From: a bacterium
Lineage (GTDB): Bacteria > UBA10199 > 2-02-FULL-50-16 > JAJFLM01
Assembly (NCBI GenBank): GCA_965216315.1
Contig: CBDCFN010000016.1
Location: 392,378-456,377 of the forward strand
DNA: 64,000 nucleotides
Direction of reading: 5' to 3'
Part shown: in pieces, positions 20,607 to 31,231 of the stretch
Position numbering within the stretch: position 1 is the stretch's first letter
Layout of the letters: each line of letters begins with the position of its first letter
Notes under the pieces: model-generated
The model's database searches: none
Seen by the model: the letters and a program-made list of their open reading frames with translations, nothing else
Told to the model about the DNA's origin: nothing
Program-made: the position numbers and the translations under genes

Positions 20607-22499
20607 ATGTGCGGAATAGCAGGAATTTTTCATCCTTTCAATAGTCCTGTTGAGCAGAAACTAATCAATCACATGACAGCTGCTCTAGAGCATCGTGGTC
20701 CAGATGGGTCGGGGCAATATTGTCACGGATCTATTGGTTTAGGTCATCGACGCCTTGCAATCATTGATTTGTCAGATAAGGCAAGTCAGCCTATGCCTAA
20801 TGAAGATAAAAGTATCTGGATGGTATGCAATGGAGAAATTTATAATTTTAAGGAATTACGTTGTGAATTAGAGCAACGAGGTCACGTATTTAGATCAGGC
20901 ACGGATAGCGAAGTTATAATTCACGGTTATGAAGAGGAAGGGATAGGGTTTGTTCGGAAACTTAATGGGATGTTCGCTTTTGCGCTTTGGGATTCTAATA
21001 AAGAACAATTGTACTTAGCTCGAGATCGTTATGGCATTAAGCCATTATATTATTACTTTAATGGTAAAATACTTATTTTTGCTTCTGAAATAAAAGCTAT
21101 TTTAAGGCACCCCAAAGTTTCAGCTGAACTTAATTGCAATGCTTTGAATGAATATTTTACTTTTCAGAATCTTTTTCAATACCACACTCTCTTTAAGGGT
21201 GTAAGCATCGTCCCTCAAGCGAATTACTTTCTCTTTAGGCAAGGGCAAGATGATTTTGAGCGGCACTGCTACTGGGACTACAATTTTACCGACCGCGATG
21301 AAGAGATGAGTGAAGAAGAGGCTAGTGCTGAGACGTTGCGTCTCATGAAACAGGCCACAGAGAGGCAATTAGTGGCAGATGTGTCGGTTGGGGCCTACCT
21401 TTCAGGGGGAATGGATTCGGGTTCTATCGTTGCGATTGCGTCCCAGCAGGTTCCACGCATTGCGACGTTCACATGTGGTTTTGATATGTCAGAGGTAACA
21501 GGCCGGGAGGCAAATTTTGATGAACGCCGAGAGGCAGAATTTATAGCAAGTCATTTTGGTACAGAACATTATGAGCAAGTTCTTGGCGTGAATGATATCG
21601 AGTGGGCGCTTCCCAAGGTTGTTTGGCATCTCGAGGATTTGCGTCTAGGAATGTGCTATCCCAATTACTATATTTCGCGGCTCGCATCAAAATTTGTCAA
21701 AGTGTGCTTGTCGGGTGCCGGAGGTGACGAGCTATACGGTGGGTATCCATGGCGCTACTATCGATCATTTAGGTCGATTGATAGAGAGGCGTTCTTTGAA
21801 AAATACTATTTTGAATGGCAGAGGCTGGTTTCAGAGGAGGAAAAGCAATCATTTTTCACAAATGAGACTTGGAATCAAATAACGGATAGAGACGTTAGGC
21901 AAGCACTAAGTCGAGTTTTTACCTTTAATGAAGAATTAAGATACGACAATCCGGAAGATCATATTGCCAATTCATTGTATTTCGAAATTAAAACCTTCCT
22001 TCACGGTTTATTCCTTGTTCAGGATAAGCTCTCAATGGCAAATGGTTTAGAAGAACGCGTACCATTTTTGGACAATGACCTTGTTGATTTTTCACAACGC
22101 GTTCCAATTAGACATAAGCTAAAAAATCTAACGCATATGAAGAGGCTTGATGAAGACGACTTTCATAAGCATGCGCGTTACTTCAGTGAGACAGATGATG
22201 GGAAAAATTGCCTCAGGAGCGCAATGAATTCATTATTGCCAAACTCTATTGTCAATCGTCCTAAGCAAGGATTTAGTTCTCCCGATGAGTCATGGTATCG
22301 CGGTGAAGGGATTATGTATGTCAAGAAGATACTATTGGATAAAAAGTCGGTTTATAGGGACTTTATCAATCCCGATGAAGTAAGTCGCATCATAAATGAA
22401 CACTGTGAACTAAACATTAATCATCGCCTACTTATCTGGTCTTTGCTTTGCTTTGAATGGTGGTGTCGAATATTTCTGCGGGGAGATCGGTGGATATAA
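20607..22499 (+). CDS. asparagine synthetase-like glutamine amidotransferase (WbpS-like, uronic acid amidation)
   Basis: The N-terminal nucleophile MCGIAGIF, the Ntn-amidotransferase fold and the PP-loop SGGMDSGSIV are all present. The protein is 630 aa. Confidence 0.8.
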   Translation: MCGIAGIFHPFNSPVEQKLINHMTAALEHRGPDGSGQYCHGSIGLGHRRLAIIDLSDKASQPMPNEDKSIWMVCNGEIYNFKELRCELEQRGHVFRSGTDSEVIIHGYEEEGIGFVRKLNGMFAFALWDSNKEQLYLARDRYGIKPLYYYFNGKILIFASEIKAILRHPKVSAELNCNALNEYFTFQNLFQYHTLFKGVSIVPQANYFLFRQGQDDFERHCYWDYNFTDRDEEMSEEEASAETLRLMKQATERQLVADVSVGAYLSGGMDSGSIVAIASQQVPRIATFTCGFDMSEVTGREANFDERREAEFIASHFGTEHYEQVLGVNDIEWALPKVVWHLEDLRLGMCYPNYYISRLASKFVKVCLSGAGGDELYGGYPWRYYRSFRSIDREAFFEKYYFEWQRLVSEEEKQSFFTNETWNQITDRDVRQALSRVFTFNEELRYDNPEDHIANSLYFEIKTFLHGLFLVQDKLSMANGLEERVPFLDNDLVDFSQRVPIRHKLKNLTHMKRLDEDDFHKHARYFSETDDGKNCLRSAMNSLLPNSIVNRPKQGFSSPDESWYRGEGIMYVKKILLDKKSVYRDFINPDEVSRIINEHCELNINHRLLIWSLLCFEWWCRIFLRGDRWI

Positions 22500-23353
22500 T
22501 CGTAACAGGCTCTACAGGCTTTCTTGGCCAGAATCTTGTAGAATTTCTTTCAGGAATAAATGAATGTAATGTTATTCCGGTTGCACCTGCAACAGGTTTT
22601 GATTTTCGGACAGATGATTGGTGCGATAATTTACCGTCGGCAGACATCGTTGTACATTTAGCGCAATCAAAAAAGTATAAAGATTTTCCAGCGTCGGCGG
22701 AAGACATTTATGCTGTCAATGTATCATCAACGACAAAGCTTCTGGAGTGGGGACGCAAACAACAAATTAAGTCATTCATTTTTGCTTCAACCGGCAGTGT
22801 GTATAAAACGGATGGGAGCAGGAGCTATAAAGAAAGCGATATATGCGATCCGCAAAACTATTATGAGGCGTCTAAGCTGTGTGCAGAGCATCTAGTGAGC
22901 CAATATGGGCCTTTTTTCCCTGTCACGATACTTCGGATATTTAGTTTATATGGGCCACGGCAAGAAGGGAAGATGGTGCCAATGATTGTTAATAAAATTA
23001 TGAATAATGAGAGCTTAGCACTTGCCCAGGGTGTAGGCCATAATTTCACGCCATTGTATATCGATGATGCTGTTAAGATGATTCAGTTGATAATTAGTAA
23101 AGGTCACCAAATAAATCTAACAAGTCCTCAAGTTCTAAATATAGCAGGTAAAGAAATAATAAGCCTGAGAGAAGTCGCACATATAATTGCACGTGAATTA
23201 GGAGAGAAAGTGACTATTGAAGATATCAATGAGGAAGTTCGCTATCTGTGCGGTGATATATCAAAATTTAGGGATCTATTTGATTTTATACCGAAGTTTG
23301 ATTTCCAGAGCGGGATTAAAGAGACCTTGGCGAGTCGGTTGGCTGATAATTAG
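22457..23353 (+). CDS. NAD(P)-dependent epimerase/reductase, SDR family
   Basis: Motifs IIVTGSTGFLGQNL and YEASKLCAEH are present. The track start overlaps the previous gene by 43 nt, so the real start may be the GTG near 22490. Confidence 0.55.
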   Translation: MVVSNISAGRSVDIIVTGSTGFLGQNLVEFLSGINECNVIPVAPATGFDFRTDDWCDNLPSADIVVHLAQSKKYKDFPASAEDIYAVNVSSTTKLLEWGRKQQIKSFIFASTGSVYKTDGSRSYKESDICDPQNYYEASKLCAEHLVSQYGPFFPVTILRIFSLYGPRQEGKMVPMIVNKIMNNESLALAQGVGHNFTPLYIDDAVKMIQLIISKGHQINLTSPQVLNIAGKEIISLREVAHIIARELGEKVTIEDINEEVRYLCGDISKFRDLFDFIPKFDFQSGIKETLASRLADN

Positions 23354-23365
23354 CTTCATAAACAA

Positions 23366-24091
23366 TTGTCGAAAAATAAGATATACATAACCTTTGATAT
23401 TGAGTGGTCACACGATGAAGTTCTATCTGAGTGCATAGATCTGTGTGAAGAATATCGAGTGAGGGCAACTTTTTTTGCTACTCACGATACTCCCTTGCTT
23501 GATAGAATCCGGGCGAATCCTAATTTTGAATTAGGCATTCATCCCAACTTCAATCCGCTGTTGGAGAAAAGCGACTCGGCTACGGATGCGGTCACATCAA
23601 TCGATGGATTAAAGAAGATTGTGCCTGAGGCGAAGGCGATTCGTAGTCATTCACTCGTGCAAAGCTCACGATTGCTCGACTTATTTCATGAATACGGTTT
23701 TACCCATGATGTTAATACATTCATCCCCTTTCAATCCAATATTGAATTGAAGCCTTGGACTGATTGGAATCATACGATTCGTGTTCCTTTTTATTGGGAA
23801 GACGATCTAAATTGCCATTTCCAGGAAGATTGGCAGGTTAAAAAGGTTCTGAAAAGGCCAGGACTTCGGGTTTTTAATTTTCATCCGATACATATTTTTT
23901 TGAATTCTACGGATATGACAAATTATGAATCATCTCGTCGCTATCATAACACGCCCGAAAAATTGCGGGAATACGTATCATCTGTGGAATGCGGTGGTAC
24001 CAGAAGGTTCCTTCTCGATTTATTTCATCAGGCAAGTGAAGTAGGTTTAGATTACGGCTTAATTAATGAGATATCGTTGTTGAGTTATTGA
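23366..24091 (+). CDS. hypothetical protein, weak polysaccharide-deacetylase/CE4-like features
   Basis: 241 aa with a TTG start. The stretch YITFDIEWSHDE...RATFFATH...GIHPNFNP loosely recalls NodB motifs. The call is low confidence. Confidence 0.3.
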   Translation: MSKNKIYITFDIEWSHDEVLSECIDLCEEYRVRATFFATHDTPLLDRIRANPNFELGIHPNFNPLLEKSDSATDAVTSIDGLKKIVPEAKAIRSHSLVQSSRLLDLFHEYGFTHDVNTFIPFQSNIELKPWTDWNHTIRVPFYWEDDLNCHFQEDWQVKKVLKRPGLRVFNFHPIHIFLNSTDMTNYESSRRYHNTPEKLREYVSSVECGGTRRFLLDLFHQASEVGLDYGLINEISLLSY

Positions 24092-25713
24092 TGAGTGAGC
24101 ACGCATCAAAACTATTCAGAGGATTTGGGGAAAAAATTCGGTCCTCATTTGTTCTTCAGTTAATTATCATAATCTTTCTAGAGAAGTTATTCCTCTTGGT
24201 ATGCGTTCGTATGAGGTTGCCCGAGAGTTCCTATCATTCAGCCGTGCTGTTTATCGAAATTTTCAAAGATCCAATGATGGCAATAGCATTAATTGTGTCA
24301 TTTTTTTGCCTTGTCCCCACACTTAAAGAGAATCAGTGGAAAAAATTCGATTATCATGTGCAGCTGAGATTGCTGATTTTCCTCATTGCGGCGATCATTG
24401 CATGGAAGTATTCGACCTATACGTATAACTACTATTACGATCAATCACACTATATCGATCGATTTATCTTAATATTTCTAGCATTAGGCCTACTATATCA
24501 TCCACTATTTTTGGCGCCATTTCTGTTTTTTGCAGGTGTAGTCATTAACCAATTCCATTACCCATTATTGACATATTCATGGACTGAGAAGTTACTGCTA
24601 TTCGATATTCTTTTTATTATAAATGCATGCTTGATTTTAAGGGCCTTTGTAAAAAAAATTAATACTCGTCATTTAATATTCTTAGGATTGTGTGTAATTG
24701 GCGCCAATTATTTTAGTGCAGGGATAAAAAAGTTAGAGATTAGCCCCCATTTATATGAATGGGTGATAGAAAACCGTATGCACTACATTACAGCTGTTAT
24801 GAACTATCGGGGATGGCTGGACACTTTAGATCAGGGTTTGGTCCAGGGATTAATCAAATTTATAAAACTTACTGATATTCCACTGCAGTTGCTTGCAGTT
24901 ATCCTGGAATTAGGTGCCATTCTGATTCTCGTTAAGAGGAGACTGACAATACTAGCGCTCATCTGTTTGCCTTGCCTCAATTTTATGATTTTTTTAGTCT
25001 CTGGGCTTTTCTTTTGGGAGTGGATGATTCTCAACATGGCATTCTTAGTATGTATCTTGAGCCTTCCCTATAAGTATTTAAATAAATTATATCAGAAAAA
25101 GTATGTGATAGCCTCAATAGCACTCATAGCATTAGGGCGCCTTGTTTTTTATCCTGTTAAATTGGGTTGGTGGGATACTAATATAGTTACTTCGTTTAAA
25201 GTCGAACAAATTGATGATCAAGGAAGAAAGTATTTCGTTAATCCTCATGATATTTCAGGTTACGATTATACATTTGGTAATGGAATATTTTGTTATTTGA
25301 TTAAGCAAAAAGCGCTGACGTGCAGTGGTGCAGCTGATTATGAGATAACAAAGGCTCTTTATGATGCAGATGCCTCGGATATTTCTCAGTTGAAAGAGGC
25401 GCACGGCCAAATCCTGTATGATCCCAAAAAAGAACGGGTCTTTAAGGAATTCATAATGAGATATTTTTCGAATGCAAATGATTTGAAGGGCGATAAGAAG
25501 TTAATGATATCTAAATTTAAGGCACCAGCTCATATATGGGGCTCAATGAAAATTTATTCAAAGCCAGCATATGGCACGCAAATACGTCAAATTAATGTCA
25601 AATATGAAGAGCTTATTTTTGATGATGAAAAAGAAGAGTTTGTACAATTAGCAGATCTTATTGTGGCGGAGGTCGATTTGCCGCCTCGGAAACGACTTCA
25701 TGGTGTAAGGTAG
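24091..25713 (+). CDS. polytopic membrane protein with roughly 200 aa soluble C-terminal domain, function unknown
   Basis: 541 aa. At least 10 hydrophobic segments fill the first 340 aa, followed by a hydrophilic C-terminal domain. No motif was recognised. Confidence 0.45.
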   Translation: MSEHASKLFRGFGEKIRSSFVLQLIIIIFLEKLFLLVCVRMRLPESSYHSAVLFIEIFKDPMMAIALIVSFFCLVPTLKENQWKKFDYHVQLRLLIFLIAAIIAWKYSTYTYNYYYDQSHYIDRFILIFLALGLLYHPLFLAPFLFFAGVVINQFHYPLLTYSWTEKLLLFDILFIINACLILRAFVKKINTRHLIFLGLCVIGANYFSAGIKKLEISPHLYEWVIENRMHYITAVMNYRGWLDTLDQGLVQGLIKFIKLTDIPLQLLAVILELGAILILVKRRLTILALICLPCLNFMIFLVSGLFFWEWMILNMAFLVCILSLPYKYLNKLYQKKYVIASIALIALGRLVFYPVKLGWWDTNIVTSFKVEQIDDQGRKYFVNPHDISGYDYTFGNGIFCYLIKQKALTCSGAADYEITKALYDADASDISQLKEAHGQILYDPKKERVFKEFIMRYFSNANDLKGDKKLMISKFKAPAHIWGSMKIYSKPAYGTQIRQINVKYEELIFDDEKEEFVQLADLIVAEVDLPPRKRLHGVR

Positions 25714-26696
25714 TGTCCGATATTCATATAAAGAGATGTTCGTCTGAATATTATCCGGTTTGGAACCAGTTTATTGAAAACTCTAACAATGGATCTATTT
25801 TTCATAGGACTGATTTTCTCCAATATCATGGAAGCAGGTTTGATGACAATGAACATCACCTCATGTGGTATAAGGGAGAAAGCCCATATGCCTTGTTGCC
25901 GCTTGGAATTTTTATAGAAGATGGCAGAAAAGTGGCGCGATCACCTTATGGGGCAAGTTGGGGGGGGTTTGTTGCAGGGGGTAAGCTAAAGCTGAAATAT
26001 GCGTTAAATCTCGTCGATTCGCTAATGGAGTATCTAGTGCAGCTGGGGATAGAAGAGTGCTACATTACCATGCCTCCACCATGTTATTATAACGAGTACA
26101 CCAATTTTTTTGAGTTTGCGTTAACGACTCATGGTTTTTCCCCTGAGAATCGGGAAATTACACATGTTGTATCATTGCCGATGAAAGAGGCTGATGTCTG
26201 GACCTGCTTAGATAGTAAGTCAAGAAATCAAGCTAGAAAGGGGCTCAAACTATTTGAGATACAGCAAAACGTAGAGGCAGAAAAGTTTTATCCGATACTT
26301 TTAGAAGATAAAATGCGTCATGGAGAAGCGCTTCCGACACATTCTTTAAATGATTTAAAGTATCTTCAGGGACATGAATCTAAGTTCATATCATTTGATA
26401 TTGGGATAGATGAGAAGGGCGCAAAAGCAGGAATTTGTTATTTCCATGCTAATGGTAGCTGTTTGACTGTTTTCTACATGGCCCAGGAGAATAAAGCACT
26501 TGGTTTGAATGGCATGAACGCTCTTGTTCTCCATGGTATGCAACGTGCAGTTAGAGAAGGTTACCGATATTTTGATTTTGGGTGTTCATCGTATCATACG
26601 AGAATCCAAAATATCGGTCTTGCTGAATTTAAAGAAGGGTTTGGCGCAAGTGGAATGTTTAGAGATACATACTGTTGTTCGCTTAACTCTGATTGA
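25713..26696 (+). CDS. FemAB-family / GNAT-fold acyl- or aminoacyl-transferase-like protein
   Basis: 327 aa with a GTG start overlapping the previous stop. The size and layout match the Acetyltransf_6/FemAB-like proteins common in EPS loci. Assignment is by resemblance only. Confidence 0.4.
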   Translation: MSDIHIKRCSSEYYPVWNQFIENSNNGSIFHRTDFLQYHGSRFDDNEHHLMWYKGESPYALLPLGIFIEDGRKVARSPYGASWGGFVAGGKLKLKYALNLVDSLMEYLVQLGIEECYITMPPPCYYNEYTNFFEFALTTHGFSPENREITHVVSLPMKEADVWTCLDSKSRNQARKGLKLFEIQQNVEAEKFYPILLEDKMRHGEALPTHSLNDLKYLQGHESKFISFDIGIDEKGAKAGICYFHANGSCLTVFYMAQENKALGLNGMNALVLHGMQRAVREGYRYFDFGCSSYHTRIQNIGLAEFKEGFGASGMFRDTYCCSLNSD

Positions 26697-26722
26697 AAAT
26701 TTCTTTATGATGGAGGGGTATC

Positions 26723-27355
26723 ATGAAAACTGTTGAAGAGTGGGCTCAATATTATGATGCTAAAGATGAATCTATAATTAACCCTATAGAATTGGTTGAG
26801 CATTGTGCCGGCGGCGTGCCATTTGCGGAGGATGTGCATCGTAAGGCAATTTTAGAGCCTGTTATTGAAAAGCTTGAATTGGAGCCGCATCATGAGTTTT
26901 TGGAGATTGGCTGCGGTTCAGGTTTATTTTTGAAAGCAATTGAAAAGAAAGTAAAAAAAAGTATTGGCGTTGATATTAGCAAGAGAATGCTTAACAGCTT
27001 TACATGTAAGTCGGAAAAATTCTTATGTGCAGCGCATAACTTGCCATTCGAAAAAGAATCGTTTGATCGTGTCTTAATGTATAGTGTGGCTGTGCAGTTT
27101 GAGTCATTTGAGTATTTAGTATCGGTCATTAATCATGTGATGCCGCTTCTTAGGAAGAACGGAATCTTTTTAGTGGGTGATCTACTTCTAGGTGAGCAAA
27201 ATAAAAAGAGCCAATATATCTTTTATGACAAGCATAGGCTAATAGATTATTTGGATACTCTTGGGTATCCATACAGTATCGTGTGTCCGCCACGCCTGAA
27301 ACGCACGATCAATAATCGTCAGGATGTTATTATTTACAAAGATGATAATAACTGA
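26723..27355 (+). CDS. class I SAM-dependent methyltransferase
   Basis: Motif I reads LEIGCGSGLFLKA. An acidic post-I motif reads VGVDIS. The protein is 210 aa. Confidence 0.6.
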   Translation: MKTVEEWAQYYDAKDESIINPIELVEHCAGGVPFAEDVHRKAILEPVIEKLELEPHHEFLEIGCGSGLFLKAIEKKVKKSIGVDISKRMLNSFTCKSEKFLCAAHNLPFEKESFDRVLMYSVAVQFESFEYLVSVINHVMPLLRKNGIFLVGDLLLGEQNKKSQYIFYDKHRLIDYLDTLGYPYSIVCPPRLKRTINNRQDVIIYKDDNN

Positions 27356-27388
27356 TTTCTCATTTTTTAATCAACTCAGACATACGTA

Positions 27389-28984
27389 ATGATTTCAACA
27401 AAATATATGATTGAGCTCGGACTTATACTGGTTTTGGGTGGATCTCTTCGCTTTTTGTTTATCCTTAGTAGTACGACAGACCATGGCTACCATCTACGCA
27501 ATATAAAGTGGGTAAAGGAAAACGGATTTAAATTTCCACTCGTAAGTGATTCCATTGTGTGTGGAAGGAATATCTATCCGCCTTTACCCCATTGGATTAT
27601 TTCTCTTTTCCCAAGGAGTAGATGGAATGCTGTCGGCAGGATTCTGAATATAGTCTATGATCTATTTTCAATCATTATTATTTATATATTTTCGACTATC
27701 TTGTTTGAAAAGGGTAGCTGGTTCCATCAATTAAGGGCCGATTGGATGATATTATCTCCTGGAGGCTGGGTAACGCTTCTTTATTCAACATCTCCTCTTC
27801 TATTTCCAATTACAGCGAGATTAAAGACGATCGGCGGTAGAACGCTAGGTCATATGCTGACAAATTTGTATCTTGCTATAATGGGTTACGCTATTATTTT
27901 TGGAAATCATTGGTTGTTGATAGCATGTATACCCGTCGGTATTGCTGCTATACTTGCATCAATTTTTGCAATGCAGACACTGATTTTATATTCATTATTT
28001 TTATCGGTATTCTTATTTGATTTTTATCCAGTCTTGACAATATTCTGTGTGATAGCTGTTGGAATTATATTGCCAGGTCTTCATATTAGAACGCTTTTTC
28101 TTCAAAACTTTTACCATTACAAGTGGTATCTGCGCAGTATTAAGAGAGGTTCTCCAATAGAAAACCGTAATACTGCAAAAACACTTATGTCGTTACCAAG
28201 GGATCTTATCCACAATAAGATGCGATTCGTAAGAAATTTGTTTGAAAATAACTCATTCTTTATAGCAATCTATTCTCTTCCGGCGCTTATTCCGGTTTTA
28301 TATTGGACCATAGCTTCTAATAGCGTCTCTACAGAAGGACACGCTTATCCGATATTTTTCATTGCCATGCTATTTTCCTCCATAGCAATATTTCTTCTCA
28401 CATCATTTTGGCCCCTGATAATACTTGGGCAAGCGGAGCGCTATCTGGAGAGTGTTTCTCCGTATATTATGGTGCTATTGCTTGTCCATGTGGTTGAAAG
28501 AAATCTCTTTTTTTTATTATCGCTATTTTTTCTCATAAACTTTGTGTTTATTATTGCCAATTTTATTTTGATAATGGGGAAAGAATATTTATCGCAATTG
28601 GTAACTAAACCAGATGATAAATTAAAGCCGGTGCTAGAAATGCTTGGTAATATGAGAGAGCCAAGAATCATGACAATCCCTACGCGATTAGCTTATATTG
28701 TCTCTACTTATCTCGATCATAACAATGCATCATATTGCTATGATTGGATAACACAGGACGGCAGTGGATATCAGTACATGATAAAAGAGCGCGAACGCTA
28801 TCAGTATCCGATGACAAATTTAAGGTACTATACTGAAAAGTACAAAGTGAATACTTTTATTGTGTCAAAAAAGTCGCTGGCTAAGGCACGGGACCAAAAT
28901 ATTCAATATGACTTTTCTAAGAGCCTTCTCTTGATGGAAAACGACTTATATATGGTGTACGGTTCGTGTGATAACGCTGTATAG
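27389..28984 (+). CDS. polytopic membrane protein (candidate GT-C glycosyltransferase or polymerase)
   Basis: 531 aa, hydrophobic throughout with about 12 or more TM segments. The first loop carries TDHGYH. Confidence 0.4.
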   Translation: MISTKYMIELGLILVLGGSLRFLFILSSTTDHGYHLRNIKWVKENGFKFPLVSDSIVCGRNIYPPLPHWIISLFPRSRWNAVGRILNIVYDLFSIIIIYIFSTILFEKGSWFHQLRADWMILSPGGWVTLLYSTSPLLFPITARLKTIGGRTLGHMLTNLYLAIMGYAIIFGNHWLLIACIPVGIAAILASIFAMQTLILYSLFLSVFLFDFYPVLTIFCVIAVGIILPGLHIRTLFLQNFYHYKWYLRSIKRGSPIENRNTAKTLMSLPRDLIHNKMRFVRNLFENNSFFIAIYSLPALIPVLYWTIASNSVSTEGHAYPIFFIAMLFSSIAIFLLTSFWPLIILGQAERYLESVSPYIMVLLLVHVVERNLFFLLSLFFLINFVFIIANFILIMGKEYLSQLVTKPDDKLKPVLEMLGNMREPRIMTIPTRLAYIVSTYLDHNNASYCYDWITQDGSGYQYMIKERERYQYPMTNLRYYTEKYKVNTFIVSKKSLAKARDQNIQYDFSKSLLLMENDLYMVYGSCDNAV

Positions 28985-29010
28985 TAAGTTAAAATTATAT
29001 CCTTCTAATA

Positions 29011-30468
29011 GTGTCTAATCGAGTTCATTACAAAGCAGTTCTCAGAGATATGATGCTCTATGGCGTGCTTGGGGTCAGTACGCAGCTTGCAAATATCCTG
29101 TTATTACCTTTTTTAACGCGTCTTTTTACTATAAAAGAATATGGGGTAATCGAGCTCGTAACAGTAGCCGGGAATTTTGCAAATATTGTTATGACTCTCT
29201 GTATTTCATCAGGATTGCTGAGATTCTATTACGAAGAAGCTGGGGAAAATCGTAAAAAATTAATTTCTACCTTGTTTTGGTTTGTTGTTGTCCTTTCTAT
29301 ATGCGTTTGCATTATTCTAATGACTATTACACCATCAATTGTAGGGGTTACGGTAAGAAATAAGTTGTACGGTCCTTATTTTTGCTTGGGTTGGATTTGG
29401 GCTGCTATCATGGCGCCTGCGTCGATTTTAAATACATTATTAAGGGCCGAACGAAGGATTGTGGGTTATGGGCTTTTGAATATTTTGCTACTCGTTACTA
29501 ATATTGGGTTCGCTATTTTACTTGTGGGTTATTACAATACAGGTATCGAAGGTGTCTTTGTAGCGATGGTTTTAAGTTCTCTGGTGGCACTAATTGTCGG
29601 CCTTGTCTTGACGAGAAATTCGCTGGAATTTTCGTTTTCTTGGAATATATGTAGAGGCGTATTGAGCTATAGTTTGCCTCAGGTCCCAGCTGTATTAACT
29701 GGTTGGGTTAACCAAAGAGGTACTCGGTATATAATAACTTTTTATATGACGTTGAGCGCTGTTGGTATTTATGGAGTAGGAGTTCATTTAGCGGCTATAA
29801 TTTCTTTCATTGTATCAGCATTTCAAAAAACGTGGAGCCCATATGTTATGAAAATTATGGCCCACGAATCATTTGAAAGTGTTAATAGGAAAATTCTGTC
29901 TCTTTATGTGGGTGGCTGTGTTGTAATCAGTTTACTATTTCTAACTATTTCAAGAGAAGTATGCGTCATTTTCTTGGATGAAAAATATCTAACAGCACTT
30001 CCACTTCTTCCATGGCTCATGGGAGGTGTAATAATCAGAGGCTCAGGAAATATTACGTCAATAGGTATAAGCATACGCAAGAAAACTAGCAAGCAAAGTG
30101 TTGCTGCATGGATTGGGGTAGTATGCAATATTATTGTTACTTTTATGTTGATTCCAATAATTGGAATGATTGGTGCTGCAATATCTTTCTTTTGTGCTGA
30201 ATTAATAACTACGATCATTCTTGCGCGATATACATATACCTACAACCTCATTAGGTTTGAGCACAAAACGCTAGCATTTTTATTTATTTCTTATTTAGCT
30301 TGGAGCCAAGGAATTACGTTGATGTCTATTTATGTAGATTCAATTGTATTGCGATATTGTACCGGGCTGATAGGAGCTGCTTTAATTATTTATTACCTAA
30401 ATATTTTCAGTGTAATAATCCAGTCGGTGAAAAAAAGACTCACTGTCGACGCAGTTGCAGATATATAA
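29011..30468 (+). CDS. Wzx-type oligosaccharide flippase (MOP/PST family) copy 1
   Basis: 485 aa with roughly 12-14 TM segments. The N-terminus ANILLLPFLTRLFTIKEYGV is typical of the polysaccharide biosynthesis protein (PST) family. Confidence 0.6.
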   Translation: MSNRVHYKAVLRDMMLYGVLGVSTQLANILLLPFLTRLFTIKEYGVIELVTVAGNFANIVMTLCISSGLLRFYYEEAGENRKKLISTLFWFVVVLSICVCIILMTITPSIVGVTVRNKLYGPYFCLGWIWAAIMAPASILNTLLRAERRIVGYGLLNILLLVTNIGFAILLVGYYNTGIEGVFVAMVLSSLVALIVGLVLTRNSLEFSFSWNICRGVLSYSLPQVPAVLTGWVNQRGTRYIITFYMTLSAVGIYGVGVHLAAIISFIVSAFQKTWSPYVMKIMAHESFESVNRKILSLYVGGCVVISLLFLTISREVCVIFLDEKYLTALPLLPWLMGGVIIRGSGNITSIGISIRKKTSKQSVAAWIGVVCNIIVTFMLIPIIGMIGAAISFFCAELITTIILARYTYTYNLIRFEHKTLAFLFISYLAWSQGITLMSIYVDSIVLRYCTGLIGAALIIYYLNIFSVIIQSVKKRLTVDAVADI

Positions 30469-31231
30469 ACTAAGTCGACAAAAATTCCAAAAAAATAGTT
30501 ATATGCTGATTGAATTTACAGGATGCACGGGAGCGGGCAAGACCACTCTTTCTGGCTATGTTATTGATGCATTAAGGAAGAGTGGAAAGAGTACGGTTAG
30601 TGTGCATTCAGCTGTTTCGAAAGCACCTAATGAGTCACTGAGAAATATTTATTGGGAATTGCGCTCACTAGGAGTGCTAATCACTAGTTTGAAAAGAAAT
30701 CATAAATTTTTTAAATTTGCTATTAAAACTCTCTGGAAAAAAGCCGATTCGAAATGGACAGCTCTAAATCTATTCAGGAGCATTATGAGGAAGATTGGAA
30801 TTTCTGAATATCACCGTATGAAATATACGGATTCAGAAATGGTGATTATGGATGAGGGTCCTTTTCACGCCGCCCATCAATTATTTGTACACTTAAATTC
30901 AGAGCCATCCGATCAAGATTTACAAGAATTTCTTCGGCTTGTGCCTTGTCCTGACTACATTGTCAATGTCACAGCACCGAAAGAAATTATAATGAATAGG
31001 ACGCTTATGAGAAATGACCCCCCTCGCAGAAGAGGTCTCGTCGAATCGTTACCGCAATATGTTAATCAAGCTTATAAGGTATACGGGCGTGTATTTTCTC
31101 AAGAAAACATGCCCATTAACGTTGCCATTGTAGATTTTTCTAGAGATAGCGTAGATGAATCCAAGGCTATCGCTTCTCAGGTTGCATCGCAAATAATCAA
31201 AATGCAGGCCAATGCTAACGCTAGTAAGTGA
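30455..31231 (+). CDS. P-loop kinase-like protein (dTMP kinase/deoxynucleoside kinase-like fold), specificity unknown
   Basis: The Walker A motif is EFTGCTGAGKTT. About 100 aa later comes a hhhDEGP block. The real start is possibly the Met at 30503. Confidence 0.45.
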   Translation: MQIYKLSRQKFQKNSYMLIEFTGCTGAGKTTLSGYVIDALRKSGKSTVSVHSAVSKAPNESLRNIYWELRSLGVLITSLKRNHKFFKFAIKTLWKKADSKWTALNLFRSIMRKIGISEYHRMKYTDSEMVIMDEGPFHAAHQLFVHLNSEPSDQDLQEFLRLVPCPDYIVNVTAPKEIIMNRTLMRNDPPRRRGLVESLPQYVNQAYKVYGRVFSQENMPINVAIVDFSRDSVDESKAIASQVASQIIKMQANANASK

